64,000 nt of DNA from Thermodesulfovibrionales bacterium (GTDB lineage: Bacteria; Nitrospirota; Thermodesulfovibrionia; Thermodesulfovibrionales; UBA6898): NCBI GenBank assembly GCA_044450345.1, contig JBIOIY010000002.1, positions 154,887-218,886 of the forward strand, read 5' to 3'. A program made the translations under genes and the position numbers. Below, in pieces: positions 1 to 10,964 of the stretch; position 1 is the stretch's first letter; each line of letters begins with the position of its first letter. Under the pieces are notes generated by a model. It saw only the letters and a list, made by a program, of their open reading frames with translations, was not told the DNA's origin and did no database searches.

Positions 1-8
1 CGCGCAGG

Positions 9-860
9 TCAGCGCTCCCCCCACTTCAGTTTAGTCCTAAGGACCTTGAAATAATCGCGTTCGCAGGGGATAAGCAGCCTAGTCTTGAACGGCGATTTAT
101 TGATTTCTATGACGTCATCCTTTCTGAGTGAAAAACCGACCTGCCCGTCGAGGGTCAGATATACGTCTTCGCTGAGAGTCTTCAGGGTGATCTCAACCTT
201 AAAATCATCAGGCAAAACGATAGGCCTGTTTGTCAGCGTATGGGAGCATATCGGCGTAAGGACGATACTGTTGAGGGTCGGATAGAGTATGGGCCCACCG
301 GCTGAAAGCGAATAGGCTGTAGAGCCGGTCGGAGTCGAGATGATCAACCCATCGGCCTTAAATGTCGTCACATAAACCCCGTTGATCAACGCCTCCAGGT
401 CGATAATCCTCGCAAGAGCGCCCTTGTTTATCACTACATCGTTGAGAACGGTATACTCGGCGATCTTTTCTCCCTCCCTTACGATCCTCGCACAGAGCAT
501 CAGCCTTTCTTCGATGATATACGTATCGGAAAGCATTGCGTCGACGGCCTGATAGATCTCGCCACGGTTTATCTCGGTAATAAATCCCATCGTCCCCAGG
601 TTGACACCCAGTATGGGTATGCCCTTTTCCGCAACCAGTCTGCTCACGCTGAGCATCGTTCCGTCGCCGCCCAGGACTATCACTGCGTCAACAAGAGAGG
701 CTATTTCCGCCCTTGTATGTCCCTCTATCTTCAGCAGGGCGGCGGTGTCCGGATCTACATAGAGCTCATGTCCCTGCCGCCGCAGGCGGGGCAAAAGTTC
801 CTTCATGATCTCCTGCGATTCGGGCCTCCCGGACTTACTGATTATGCCTATCTTCTTCAT
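9..860 (-). CDS. nadK: NAD(+) kinase
   Basis: GGDGT, NDVV and TPTGSTAYSLSAGGP motifs. Confidence 0.97.
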   Translation of the reverse strand: MKKIGIISKSGRPESQEIMKELLPRLRRQGHELYVDPDTAALLKIEGHTRAEIASLVDAVIVLGGDGTMLSVSRLVAEKGIPILGVNLGTMGFITEINRGEIYQAVDAMLSDTYIIEERLMLCARIVREGEKIAEYTVLNDVVINKGALARIIDLEALINGVYVTTFKADGLIISTPTGSTAYSLSAGGPILYPTLNSIVLTPICSHTLTNRPIVLPDDFKVEITLKTLSEDVYLTLDGQVGFSLRKDDVIEINKSPFKTRLLIPCERDYFKVLRTKLKWGER

Positions 861-1272
861 TAAACCCCTCTATATATATTTCTCTTCGATTATCACCCAC
901 ATCCTTCAATCGGACCCTTATGAAGCCGGCTGCAGACGCCCCGAGCTTCTCGGCCCATTCTATAACGGCCACAGAATCCCTTCCTAGACAGTCCCAGATC
1001 CCCGTACCGTCCACGTCCTCTTCTTTCTCCACCCTGTAAAGGTCTATATGAAAAAAAGCCGGGACAGTGTCATGCTCGGCTATTATCGTAAAGCTGGCGC
1101 TCGTAACGTCCCTTCCAGCGACGCCGAAGGCCCTCGCAATTCCCTTTACCATCGTTGTCTTGCCGGTCCCCAGATCCCCATAAAGCGCAACAACATCACC
1201 GGCCTTCAACCTTTTCCCGAGTTCATACCCTGCCTGCTCGGTCTCATCCGGATCGTTACTTACCAGTTTCAC
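835..1272 (-). CDS. tsaE: tRNA threonylcarbamoyladenosine biosynthesis ATPase TsaE
   Basis: GDLGTGKTT Walker A; HIDLYR; IEW motif. Confidence 0.95.
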   Translation of the reverse strand: MKLVSNDPDETEQAGYELGKRLKAGDVVALYGDLGTGKTTMVKGIARAFGVAGRDVTSASFTIIAEHDTVPAFFHIDLYRVEKEEDVDGTGIWDCLGRDSVAVIEWAEKLGASAAGFIRVRLKDVGDNRREIYIEGFNEEDRHNQ

Positions 1273-1714
1273 CCATCGTGCCTTTGATCACGGCAGTCTT
1301 GCCGATAATACCCACAAGCTTTCCCGCACTGACAACCGGGAGCAGATGCACCCCTTTTTCAGACATGATCGTGGCGATTTCCTGGAGCGTCGTTTCGGGA
1401 CCGACTGTGATCACTGCGCGAGTACATATCTCGGAAACCGTCGATGCGGACATCCTCTGTATCTCTTTCTCCATAGAAGACGTGCCGAGGGGAATGAAGG
1501 CATCGAAAAGCCTTACGATTGTAGGGATATGAAACCTGCTGTTCTGTTTTATCAGATCGTTTTCGGTCACTACCCCGAAGAGATTCTGTTCCGCATCCAA
1601 AACAGGGACCCCGCTAATTCCTTTTTCGATAAAAAGTCTGCCCAGCTCCTCCACCGTTGTATTGGGAGATACCGTGATCACCACGGTGCTCATGATGTCC
1701 TTGGCCTTTATCAT
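1256..1714 (-). CDS. CBS-pair domain protein
   Basis: Two CBS repeats (AKDIMS..ISGVPV; VHLLPVV..LVGII). Confidence 0.9.
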   Translation of the reverse strand: MIKAKDIMSTVVITVSPNTTVEELGRLFIEKGISGVPVLDAEQNLFGVVTENDLIKQNSRFHIPTIVRLFDAFIPLGTSSMEKEIQRMSASTVSEICTRAVITVGPETTLQEIATIMSEKGVHLLPVVSAGKLVGIIGKTAVIKGTMGETGK

Positions 1715-1767
1715 AGACCCCCTCTTTTCTTTTTACTAATATTAACATGGAACGCATGCTTGGTCGT

Positions 1768-2529
1768 TCACATCCTGACTTCAGCCTCCGCAATCTCTCT
1801 CTCCGGCTTGATGATCCAGATATAGCCAAACTCCCTTTCCTGATACACCCTCGCAAGCCCGAGACGTAAAAGCTCGAGGAGTGCAAGAAAGGTAACGATC
1901 CACCGCTTCCTTGTCACGCCGCCCTCGAAAAGCTCCTCAAAACGTATACTTTCAGAATTTTCTAGGAGGTCGACAATCAAGAACATCTTGTCTTTGACAG
2001 TCAGCGTCTCCATAGTGATCGTGCGCACTTCGGGAGGCGCAGCCTCAAGTATTTTCCTGAAAGCCCCGAGCAGATCAAAGATGTTCACCTCGAAAAGATA
2101 AGGCTCTGCCTCTGTATCTTCCCCTTCCTCTCCGGGCGTTTCCTCCGGCTCCCTTGAAAAGATCCTGAGCGACTCATCCTCCTTATCCTTCAGTATCGAC
2201 GCGGCATCCTTGTACGCCTGATACTCAAGAAGTCTCTGTACGAGTTCGAGTCGGGGATCTTCCATCTGCTCGGCTCCTGCGGCAGCCACCTCCTCGGGCG
2301 GCAGCAGCATCTTCGACTTGATCTGTATGAGTGTAGCCGCCATAACAAGAAATTCCCCGGCTATTTCAAGATTGAGCTCCTTCATCATCCCGACATACTC
2401 AAGATAACGGCCCGTGATAAATGAGATGGGGATATCGTAAATATCAATCTTATTTTCCCTAATGAGATGGAGGAGAAGATCAAGCGGGCCCTCGAATGCC
2501 GGTAATTTAATATTATAAAGGTCTTCCAT
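1768..2529 (-). CDS. scpA: Segregation and condensation protein A
   Basis: FEGPLDLLLHLI..IDIYDIPI; TFLALLEL. Confidence 0.95.
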   Translation of the reverse strand: MEDLYNIKLPAFEGPLDLLLHLIRENKIDIYDIPISFITGRYLEYVGMMKELNLEIAGEFLVMAATLIQIKSKMLLPPEEVAAAGAEQMEDPRLELVQRLLEYQAYKDAASILKDKEDESLRIFSREPEETPGEEGEDTEAEPYLFEVNIFDLLGAFRKILEAAPPEVRTITMETLTVKDKMFLIVDLLENSESIRFEELFEGGVTRKRWIVTFLALLELLRLGLARVYQEREFGYIWIIKPEREIAEAEVRM

Positions 2530-2769
2530 GGTTCAATTCATATTTTACGGCAGTATTTTAACAGATTGTGAGAAAATTTGGTCTGACCGGGGCTCACTTC
2601 GCAATAGGTATTTTTCTCCCGATGAAAAGCCCAAGAAGCCGTCAAATGCGATTCACGATATGTACATTTGGCATGACAGGACTCTGGATCACGATAGCGC
2701 TATGATGTCGAAAAAACTTTCGGGGCCGAATAGCGACTGGACTCGTGTCGGTCTTAACGCGTACCTCCT

Positions 2770-3084
2770 CTATCGCTTTCCTGCCTTTTTCACGATATGA
2801 GCGGCTCTTGGAGAGACCTCCGGGTCAATGAGATAAGCCTCCGAAAAATACCTGCTGGCGTCGTCAAATTTCTTCAACTTATAGTCCGCATATCCCAGCA
2901 GATAATACGCAACAGGATCAGGAGTTTTAGATATATAATTCTTGAAATGCATCTCGGCCTTTCTGTAATCCCTTTTCCCGTAATACCTCAACCCCTTTTC
3001 GAAATCTTCACTCCCCGCGTATGTCTGGGAACATATCATAAAAGCCAAAATAAGCGAAAACACAACATAAGATAAAGTCTTCAT
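2770..3084 (-). CDS. Small exported TPR protein
   Basis: Signal peptide (TYA) and TPR pattern AYYLLGYADYKLKKFDDA; GGAGGG RBS. Confidence 0.8.
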   Translation of the reverse strand: MKTLSYVVFSLILAFMICSQTYAGSEDFEKGLRYYGKRDYRKAEMHFKNYISKTPDPVAYYLLGYADYKLKKFDDASRYFSEAYLIDPEVSPRAAHIVKKAGKR

Positions 3085-3285
3085 TTTTCGTTCCCTCCTA
3101 CCTAATCATCGTTATGCCTTCCGGTCTTAACTATATCACAAGATACGGCGATAATCAAAGGTATCAAAGCCATGAACCCGCGCCTTAAAGATCATTCAGC
3201 TGAAGGGCAAATGGGCGAACAGCAAAGCCGGGGAAAAGAGACACAATCGAAAAACACGAAGAAGGTTCTGCTACGGTGGCGACTT

Positions 3286-3915
3286 CTACGACTCGATCAT
3301 AACCATGGTGGTGAGCATCGCAAGGGACCAAACAATGTCAGAGAGGCCTATCTGAAGGTCGCAGGTGGAATCGAAGAGGAGATCCGCCCTGGCGGGGAAT
3401 TCCTCATCCTCAAGCCATAAGATCAGAGTAATTGGCACCCTCGGAAGTGGGTAAAGAATCAGGGAGGCATCTCCGTGCCCAGCCTCCCCGGCGCCGAATT
3501 CAAGACCCCGCCTGATGAACGTGTCCCTGTCTCTGCCGTATATGGCGGCAACCCGGTCGAGCGGCAGCAGATGGGTCCCGGTGAAAAAACGCTGTCCTCC
3601 CCTTACGTCGATAGGCCTGATGAGCCTGCCGGTGAAAGGGATATCTTTCGCGCTGGACAGATACCAAAGGAGAGATAGCCTGAAAAAATCCTTGAACTTA
3701 TTTAGGAAGAGAATGCTGTTTTCAGAACTGCTGAATATTCTTCTCTCGCTTACTGAAACACAAAAATCTATGCCGAATGATTTTACTATAAAGGGCCCCT
3801 TCTCATCATCATGCCTTACCGAGGCCCTCCGACAAACGTCATGCGCAGGAAGACCCTCAAGGATTTTCCAGACTTTCTCCTCTCCGTGTACCGTCTTTAT
3901 GGGAACTAGTTCCAT
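3286..3915 (-). CDS. DUF3786 family protein
   Basis: LPRVPITLILWLEDEEFPARADLLFD motif. Confidence 0.8.
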   Translation of the reverse strand: MELVPIKTVHGEEKVWKILEGLPAHDVCRRASVRHDDEKGPFIVKSFGIDFCVSVSERRIFSSSENSILFLNKFKDFFRLSLLWYLSSAKDIPFTGRLIRPIDVRGGQRFFTGTHLLPLDRVAAIYGRDRDTFIRRGLEFGAGEAGHGDASLILYPLPRVPITLILWLEDEEFPARADLLFDSTCDLQIGLSDIVWSLAMLTTMVMIES

Positions 3916-4069
3916 ATTTTACTCCCTAATAATATATAATAATTATGCATTCTTTTGTGATAGACTGTGCGTATTTGCTTATGGTATTATAAATAAAACT
4001 AATGAATTTATCCATCCAGTTGTCGGTATTTTTCCTAAATTCAGCCTAGCAGATGGAAGGAGGCAGAAC

Positions 4070-4930
4070 GTGTATAAGATTCTGAAAAAAGAGGTGCTCA
4101 GCGATGTCACAAAACTTATGGACATCGAGGCGCCGCATGTCGCCAGAAAGGCGCGGGCGGGCCAGTTCATCATCGTGCGCATCGATGAGCAGGGCGAGCG
4201 GATACCGCTCACTATCGCGGATTATGACCGGGATGCGGGTCTGATCACAATCATATTCCAGGAAGTGGGAAAGTCCACCATGCAGCTCGGCAAACTCGAG
4301 CCTGGCGATACCGTCGCCTCATTTGCGGGACCCTTGGGACACCCGACCGAGATCGAAAACTACGGAACGGTTGTCTGCGTGGGCGGAGGCGTCGGTGTGG
4401 CCCCGATCTATCCCATCGCCAAGGCGCTCCATGAAGCGGGTAATTCGGTCATATCCATCATTGGCGCCCGTAATAAGTCCCTGCTCTTCTGGGAAGAGAA
4501 AATGCGGGCGGTATCGAGCGAACTTATCGTCTGCACAGACGACGGCTCTCATGGAAGAAAGTCCCTTGTGACCGAGCCCCTCACCGAGATACTCAAGGAC
4601 CCCGGCAGGAAGGTCGCCCATGTCTGGGCCATAGGCCCCGCCATCATGATGAAGTTCGTCGCTGCGGCGACGAAACCTTTCACCGTGCCGACCACCGTAA
4701 GCCTTAACACCATCATGATCGATGGAACGGGCATGTGCGGAGGCTGCCGCGTTCTGCTCGAGGACGGCGCGCGCTTCGTCTGCGTGGACGGCCCTGAATT
4801 CAACGGCCACAAGGTCGACTGGGACAACCTTCTGTCGCGCCTCCAGTTCTACAGGGAAGAGGAGCGGGCAGCAGTGGAACATTATGACCACAAATGCAAA
4901 CTTGAAGGAGCTGCCGGGGGAGGTAAGTAA
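4070..4930 (+). CDS. nfnA: Electron-bifurcating transhydrogenase small subunit NfnA (SudB-like)
   Basis: GQFII, ERIPLT, GGGVG, DGTGMCGGC..CVDGPEF. Start set at GTG 4070 behind GGAGG; the ORF-track start at 3515 is an over-extension. Confidence 0.92.
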   Translation: MYKILKKEVLSDVTKLMDIEAPHVARKARAGQFIIVRIDEQGERIPLTIADYDRDAGLITIIFQEVGKSTMQLGKLEPGDTVASFAGPLGHPTEIENYGTVVCVGGGVGVAPIYPIAKALHEAGNSVISIIGARNKSLLFWEEKMRAVSSELIVCTDDGSHGRKSLVTEPLTEILKDPGRKVAHVWAIGPAIMMKFVAAATKPFTVPTTVSLNTIMIDGTGMCGGCRVLLEDGARFVCVDGPEFNGHKVDWDNLLSRLQFYREEERAAVEHYDHKCKLEGAAGGGK

Positions 4931-6381
4931 TGGCTGAACTAACACAAAAAGAACGGATGCAGATAAAGCGCCACGACATGCCGAACCAGGACCAGCATAT
5001 CCGGCGCGGCAATTTCGAAGAGGTCGCTCTCGGTTATTCGGAAGAAACGGCCCGGCGGGAGGCCGAGCGCTGCCTCCAGTGCAAAGAGCCGAAATGCGTC
5101 AAGGGGTGCCCTGTGGGAGTCATGATACCACAGTTCATCAAGGCCCTCAGGGAGGGCGATATGATCAAGGCTGTGGAATGGATGAAGGTGAAGAACAACC
5201 TTCCGGCCATCTGCGGAAGGGTATGCCCCCAGGAGGTCCAGTGTGAGGGCAATTGCATCCTGGCGAAGAAGGGCAAGGCGGTGGCCATCGGCAGGCTCGA
5301 GCGGTTTGTGGGCGATTTTGAATTGTTGCACCGCACCTGCCCGCTCGTGAAGGCGCCGAAGTCCGGGAAGAAGATTGCCGTAGTCGGCTCGGGACCGGCT
5401 GGCCTCACCTGTGCCGTGGACCTCGGCCGGGCGGGTCATGATATAACACTGTTTGAATCCCTCCACGGCCCGGGTGGCGTGCTCGTCTACGGCATCCCTG
5501 AGTTCAGGCTGCCCAAGAAAGTAGTGCATGGCGAGATAAGCTACGCCGTTGAATGCCTCGGCATCCAGCTCAAGACCGACCACGTCATCGGGCGTACTTT
5601 CACCCTGAATGAACTTCTGACTGACTACGACGCAGTATTCCTCGGCACCGGCGCAGGTCTCCCCTCTTTCATGAGGATACCCGGCATCAACCTTAACGGC
5701 GTTATGTCTGCAAATGAGTTCCTGACGAGGGTAAACCTCATGAAGGCATATCAGTTCCCGGAATTCGACACACCGGTTAAGATCGGAAAGAAGATTGCTG
5801 TCGTCGGCGGAGGCAATGTTGCCATGGACTCAGTCAGGTGCAGTCTGAGGCTTCAGGCGCTGCAGGCGCAGCAGACCGGAGATAAACCGGGTGAGGTCCA
5901 CCTCGTTTACCGCCGTTCCTCGGATGAGATACCCGCACGTGCCGAAGAGTTCCACCACGCCATTGAGGAAGGCGTCATCTGTGACTTCCTGACGAACCCG
6001 ATCGAGATCGTCGGCAACGGAAAAGGCGGCGTGAAAGGGCTCCGCTGCATCAAGATGCAGCTCGGCGAACCCGATGCCTCCGGCCGGCGAAAGCCCGTGC
6101 CGATACCCGGTTCTGAGTTCGAGATGGAGATGGACACGGTCATCATGGCCCTCGGAACCAGCCCCAACCCGCTCGTCTTTGTTGATGCAGCGGGGCTCGA
6201 AAGGACAAAACACGGCACCGCGGTTGCGGACACCGAAACGGGAAGGACGATGAGACATCGCGTCTGGGCCGGAGGCGACATCGTGACAGGCGCGGCAACG
6301 GTGATCAGCGCCATGGGCGCCGGCAAGAGGGCTGCAGCCGACATCAACAACTTTCTGAAGGGCGAAGCCCATTGGGAATAA
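4930..6381 (+). CDS. nfnB: Transhydrogenase large subunit NfnB (GltD/SudA-like)
   Basis: CLQC..CVKGCP, CGRVCPQE.QCE, GSGPAG, GGGNVAMD; TAATG overlap with nfnA. Confidence 0.92.
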   Translation: MAELTQKERMQIKRHDMPNQDQHIRRGNFEEVALGYSEETARREAERCLQCKEPKCVKGCPVGVMIPQFIKALREGDMIKAVEWMKVKNNLPAICGRVCPQEVQCEGNCILAKKGKAVAIGRLERFVGDFELLHRTCPLVKAPKSGKKIAVVGSGPAGLTCAVDLGRAGHDITLFESLHGPGGVLVYGIPEFRLPKKVVHGEISYAVECLGIQLKTDHVIGRTFTLNELLTDYDAVFLGTGAGLPSFMRIPGINLNGVMSANEFLTRVNLMKAYQFPEFDTPVKIGKKIAVVGGGNVAMDSVRCSLRLQALQAQQTGDKPGEVHLVYRRSSDEIPARAEEFHHAIEEGVICDFLTNPIEIVGNGKGGVKGLRCIKMQLGEPDASGRRKPVPIPGSEFEMEMDTVIMALGTSPNPLVFVDAAGLERTKHGTAVADTETGRTMRHRVWAGGDIVTGAATVISAMGAGKRAAADINNFLKGEAHWE

Positions 6382-6401
6382 GACGGGCCTCCTGATCGGA
6401 T

Positions 6402-6443
6402 ATAACAAAAGACCCCGCTAGGAATAGCGGGGTCTTTTGTTAT
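6402..6443. terminator. Bidirectional intrinsic terminator
   Basis: Perfect 19-bp inverted repeat ATAACAAAAGACCCCGCTA-ggaa-TAGCGGGGTCTTTTGTTAT between convergent genes. Confidence 0.9.
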
Positions 6444-6564
6444 CACACTTAGTTTTTGCTGTGGATTTCACTTCAAAGAAATATTTTCAAAGCCTCTTGG
6501 CATCCTCCACTCCTTTCGCCCCGCACATTCCGCATCTAGGAAGTCAGGAATTCTCATGCGCACC

Positions 6565-6601
6565 AAAAAGAAGGCCCCCGCTCCTTAGAGCAGGGGCCTT
6601 C
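6565..6601 (-). terminator. Intrinsic terminator of the acs/cooS operon
   Basis: GAAGGCCCCTGCTC-taag-GAGCGGGGGCCTTC followed by TTTTT on the minus strand. Confidence 0.85.
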
Positions 6602-6630
6602 ACTTCCGACCTCAAGAAGAATGCTTTTTC

Positions 6631-8634
6631 TTAATAGATGCCCACATGGGGCTTCGCAGCCCGCTCGATATCACGTCTTGCGGCCATATCCATAAGCACC
6701 TTCTCGGTACCGAACTTACCATACTCGTACTTCCTCAGCTTGAGGGCCGTCCTCGCCTTGTCGATGTAGTCAAGAGCCATGGCGAGAATTTTTTCCGGGT
6801 CAGGCTCAAAGTGGAGCGCTCCCCTGTAACGTTCGAACCAGACCTCGGTCATAATCCTAGTGACCTCTTTGCTCGCCTCTACCGGAGACGCGCCGCCGAA
6901 GATGACCGGAACGCCGGAGGCCGCAAAGTACATGCCGATGGCCACCGCCTTTTCCGTGACCCACTCAGGTGCGATACCGACTGCAGGCATGCCCCCGATC
7001 TCATCGGAGAGACCGCCTTCCGCAGCCATGGCGGTGGCGATAGTGAGAATCCGCGTATTATCTACACAAGAGCCGAGGTGCAGGATGGGCGGTATGCCGA
7101 TAGCCTCGCAAACCTCTCTCAGGCCGGGGCCGGCATTTTCAAGCGCATTTTCCGGTGTGAGAAAGCCTGCGCCGGCGCAGGCGCCCGAGCTGCAGCCGGT
7201 GGAGACGATAAGAACATCGTTCTTGATCAACTCTTTTGCAAGATATTTGTGAACACCCGTTGAAGGAACCCTCGGGTTGTCGCATCCTGCCAGTCCTACA
7301 ACACCCCTGACCCTGCCTGCTGCGATAGCATCATTAAGCGGCCTGAAAGAACCGCGCCATTTTCCGCCCTGCATGTATTCGATATACTCCTGGGAGAACC
7401 CTGCAATGACCGGAAAACGGGCTGAAGAGTGGCTTCCCTTCGTCGTGCGATTGGGATAGTTGTCTATCGCCATCTTCACGATCTCACGCGCCACCTCTTT
7501 CGCCCTGTGTTCATCAAAGGGCATGTGGATCGCGCCGGGTATCTTGACCTTATCTGATGTGGTAATGACCTTCGTATGGAACTTCTTCGCCACATCGACA
7601 ATGGCAGGCATGATGCACTGGACATCCACAGTAAAGGCATCAATAAGTCCGGTCATTATGGCCGGCTCCTGGTTGGTGAACCCGCCTGCAGTCGGTATCC
7701 CGTGCCTCATGAGCACTTCATTAGCCGTGCAGCACATACCTCCCACGTTGATCCCCTTAGCACCCTTAGCCTTTGCATGCGCAACCATTGCCGGCTCGCA
7801 GACGACATCGATAATCATCTCAGCAAGAGAAGGTTCGTGACCGTGGACTATGATGTTCACTTCGTCTTCCTTGAATATGCCAAGGCTCGCCTCCGCCTTC
7901 ACCGGCATCGGCGTGCCGAACAGGATATCAGAAATATCGGTAGAGATCATACTGCCCGCCCATCCGTCGGCCAATGAGCATCTCAGTGCCTGGTCCAGAA
8001 TGGAATCGGGGTCCGCGTCCATTCCCATGGTCGTCCTGTCCATGGTCTCGGCAATCTCCCTGTCTACGCCCCTTGGAGTGATCCCGTATTTCTTCCAGCG
8101 CTCCTGGGTCTTTTTGGGAGCGCGCGCAACATAGTTTAATTCACCACGCTGCCTTCCAAAGTCCTCCATAAACTTGGTAGCCACATCCTTGGCGACATCC
8201 AATACGGGCCTTCCTTCAAATTCAATATTGAGTATGCTTGCAACCCGGTACAGCTTTTTCACGTCCTTGATCCGGAAGTCCTTGGCCTCGCCGTTGGCAA
8301 CTGCAAGGAGGGTAAAGACCATGTCCCTGCCGTGGTCGCCGTGGCAGGCAGATCCTCCTGCCGCCATTCTCGCAATAGAGCGTGCTGAAATGGTAGAAAG
8401 GTCTGCGCCGCATATGCCCTTCGCCTGTTTTTCAGCATCCTTGCCTGTCAGCCTGCAGGGACCCATATGGCAACTCTTGCAGCATGCACCGCTATGACCG
8501 ATCGGGCAGGGCTTCATCTTCTCAGCCCTGTCAAAGCAGGTTTCGATCTCCTCGAACTTACCCCATTCCAGTATCGCCTCAGCAGCAGGCTCAGCGCTTC
8601 TTACCCGTTTCTCTTTTTTTTCTTCCTTACTCAT
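6631..8634 (-). CDS. cooS: Anaerobic Ni-CO dehydrogenase catalytic subunit
   Basis: CPIGHSGACCKSCHMGPC (D/B clusters); C-cluster ligands HGHEP, CCTANE, DVQC, GCDN, TGC, GSCVD. Confidence 0.97.
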   Translation of the reverse strand: MSKEEKKEKRVRSAEPAAEAILEWGKFEEIETCFDRAEKMKPCPIGHSGACCKSCHMGPCRLTGKDAEKQAKGICGADLSTISARSIARMAAGGSACHGDHGRDMVFTLLAVANGEAKDFRIKDVKKLYRVASILNIEFEGRPVLDVAKDVATKFMEDFGRQRGELNYVARAPKKTQERWKKYGITPRGVDREIAETMDRTTMGMDADPDSILDQALRCSLADGWAGSMISTDISDILFGTPMPVKAEASLGIFKEDEVNIIVHGHEPSLAEMIIDVVCEPAMVAHAKAKGAKGINVGGMCCTANEVLMRHGIPTAGGFTNQEPAIMTGLIDAFTVDVQCIMPAIVDVAKKFHTKVITTSDKVKIPGAIHMPFDEHRAKEVAREIVKMAIDNYPNRTTKGSHSSARFPVIAGFSQEYIEYMQGGKWRGSFRPLNDAIAAGRVRGVVGLAGCDNPRVPSTGVHKYLAKELIKNDVLIVSTGCSSGACAGAGFLTPENALENAGPGLREVCEAIGIPPILHLGSCVDNTRILTIATAMAAEGGLSDEIGGMPAVGIAPEWVTEKAVAIGMYFAASGVPVIFGGASPVEASKEVTRIMTEVWFERYRGALHFEPDPEKILAMALDYIDKARTALKLRKYEYGKFGTEKVLMDMAARRDIERAAKPHVGIY

Positions 8635-8715
8635 AATTTACCTCCATCTTTTAAATCCCGGCTCCTTTCCCATGCGTCAAGAAATGATCCGGAACCATAT
8701 TTATGCTACTGCGGT

Positions 8716-10914
8716 TTATAACATCGGCTCCATTTCAAGGGCAGGATGTCCCACCTTTGACAGGTGCTCCAGGAGCTTCTCCGAGTCCTCGCATATGCTT
8801 TCATCTGCTATCTTGTCGAGGAGGTCGGGAACCCCGGCCTCTTCGGCTCTCTTTTTGAAATCATCGCTTATCCGCTCCTTCAATGACTTCGGCATCCATA
8901 CGATCCTCTTGATACCGCCGTCCCCAAAAAGGAACTTTTTGCTCGCCACGAAATTCACACCGACTCCCATAAAGCCGGGAGTCTGGGCGCCGCCGCCGAC
9001 GGTGCCGGCGAGGGTGGAGAACTTCATGCCGACAGGTGTCATCCCGGTATGTCCCCTGTGCACGAGCATGACGCCGTTTGCCTCTGGTATGATGGCGATA
9101 ATGCACTCGAAACATCCGCACGAGGTCATAGGGTTTTCCATCAGCGTATAGAGATTCATTGTTTCAACGGCGCCGCCTGTAGCCTTTCTCAGATAGTCAT
9201 CAGAACCGGTATAGCGGCCATACCTCGCATCCAGACACTCACCTTTTGCTATTGGCTGGTTCCCGCCCGTGGGATCGATCTCATAGGCCGCCTTTCCGTC
9301 AAGCCAGTTGTAGGCCCCGCAGAGTCCGAGCCTTTCAGGGGTAATTACACATACATGGCTCGGAGCAAAGGACTGACAGAGGAGACAGGAATAAAACGTA
9401 TCCACCGCCTCGTCCGTGAGGCTCCCGACACGCTGGTCTCGTTCTTTGTAAGCCTGACGGGCATGCCCGAGCTGTTCCTTGACGTCTTTGTCGTCAATGA
9501 ATAAAGTCACCTGGACTTTGTCCACGATGGATCTGAACCGATGATGGGTCATGGCGGCGTTAAGTATGCCGAGGTGTTCGAGGGTGAAGCCATCCTTTTT
9601 AGCGTTGGTGCTTATCCTTACCCAGTTAATATCTCTCTGTCCCATGTGCCAGACACCCTGGGCCTCGTTGATGTTTGAATGGATCTTCCTCTCGATGACC
9701 GACTCAAAGTCCTTCTGCATCTTTCTCCCGGCGCACTCGATGAGCATGCCGAGGGGCATCTGGCCGCCTTTTTCAAAACGCTCTTGCCAGTTTTCGCCGA
9801 CGATGATGACCTTGTTGTCCTCGATCTCGTTCATCTCCCTCATTCGCACCCACTCAAAGGCAGCAGTCCGCTGGCCGCCAAATTCAATAAACGTATCTTC
9901 CTTCCTGATCCTTTCCCCTTCGAAGGCGGGGCCGAATGCAACGGGGATCGGCGGTTTTTCGACAGTTATCTTAAGACCTCTCATCTCGATCGCCTTCTGC
10001 ACAATCTTGGCATGGTCGAACTCCTTATCAACCTCTTCATAGGTGCATACACCGGTAGGATGGATGACCGGAATGTCCGTGTCCCCAATGGCCGGGAATC
10101 CCATGTTGATGGCGCCGGCCCCTGTGGACCACTTTATGTCGTCGAGTTCACCGAGCACGATAGCAAAGGCGAATACCCTGTCCTTCTGGTACTTAAGGTG
10201 CTCTTTGAAATCTCCGGGCTTCTTGCCGCCGAAGATCAGCGAGGCCCTTATCGCCCAGTCCAGGGCATAGAGCGTATGTTCAGTGTCGGGACCGAGGGGT
10301 ACTATCCTGGTATCCCACCCTAGTTCTACTCCCTTTCTCAGGAGCTGTTTTGTCACACTGTCCCCTTTCGACTGCCCCGAGAGAAAGGTGAGTATGTTCT
10401 TCCCCTGGAGTTCCCTGCAGATATTTACCGCGATGTCATCAGTCGGTGCGGCTCCCAGGATAGCAGCAAAACCGGGCATTGTTCCATCAACGAGCTGAAT
10501 GCCGAGGTTCCTCTGGATCGTATCTGAGATGAAACCATTATAGACGTACCCGGTTTCCGGGTCCTTGCACGGCTCCAGCCCATGTATATATCTGAGGGCC
10601 AGCAGGATCTCCTCGGCGAACAGAGTTCCCATGCCCGAGTCAAGGGCCTCACCGAGATACGGTTTCCAGATATGTTCCTCCGGTTCGTCATGCAGCAGCT
10701 CTTTGGCAAATCCCATCGCAACGTTCATGTCGCCGAGGGTCTTTACCTGAAACCCTGTCATTGCATAAATCATGGGAAGATAAAAGGCCGTATCCGGAAA
10801 TTCGAACACAAAGTCCTTGCCCTTTTCGGCTATCGTCTTCTGAAGCAGATCATCCGCCTGCTTGACCAGTTTGTGCGTACCTCTAATGACTGCGGTCGCT
10901 ATTAACTTGGACAT
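8716..10914 (-). CDS. acsB: Acetyl-CoA synthase
   Basis: CLLCQSFAPSHVC..CGA; PMTSCGCFEC. Confidence 0.98.
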   Translation of the reverse strand: MSKLIATAVIRGTHKLVKQADDLLQKTIAEKGKDFVFEFPDTAFYLPMIYAMTGFQVKTLGDMNVAMGFAKELLHDEPEEHIWKPYLGEALDSGMGTLFAEEILLALRYIHGLEPCKDPETGYVYNGFISDTIQRNLGIQLVDGTMPGFAAILGAAPTDDIAVNICRELQGKNILTFLSGQSKGDSVTKQLLRKGVELGWDTRIVPLGPDTEHTLYALDWAIRASLIFGGKKPGDFKEHLKYQKDRVFAFAIVLGELDDIKWSTGAGAINMGFPAIGDTDIPVIHPTGVCTYEEVDKEFDHAKIVQKAIEMRGLKITVEKPPIPVAFGPAFEGERIRKEDTFIEFGGQRTAAFEWVRMREMNEIEDNKVIIVGENWQERFEKGGQMPLGMLIECAGRKMQKDFESVIERKIHSNINEAQGVWHMGQRDINWVRISTNAKKDGFTLEHLGILNAAMTHHRFRSIVDKVQVTLFIDDKDVKEQLGHARQAYKERDQRVGSLTDEAVDTFYSCLLCQSFAPSHVCVITPERLGLCGAYNWLDGKAAYEIDPTGGNQPIAKGECLDARYGRYTGSDDYLRKATGGAVETMNLYTLMENPMTSCGCFECIIAIIPEANGVMLVHRGHTGMTPVGMKFSTLAGTVGGGAQTPGFMGVGVNFVASKKFLFGDGGIKRIVWMPKSLKERISDDFKKRAEEAGVPDLLDKIADESICEDSEKLLEHLSKVGHPALEMEPML

Positions 10915-10964
10915 TCTCCAACCTCCTTATGTTTTTTTATTATATACTATATAAAGTATATTTC

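Noticed and set aside
1768..2529. scpA without an adjacent scpB
   Set aside because: Separation of scpA and scpB is not rare and cannot be assessed from this window
3515..4069. 185-codon N-terminal extension of NfnA in the ORF track
   Set aside because: Antisense overlap with the DUF3786 gene; GGAGG plus GTG at 4070 matches the normal NfnA start
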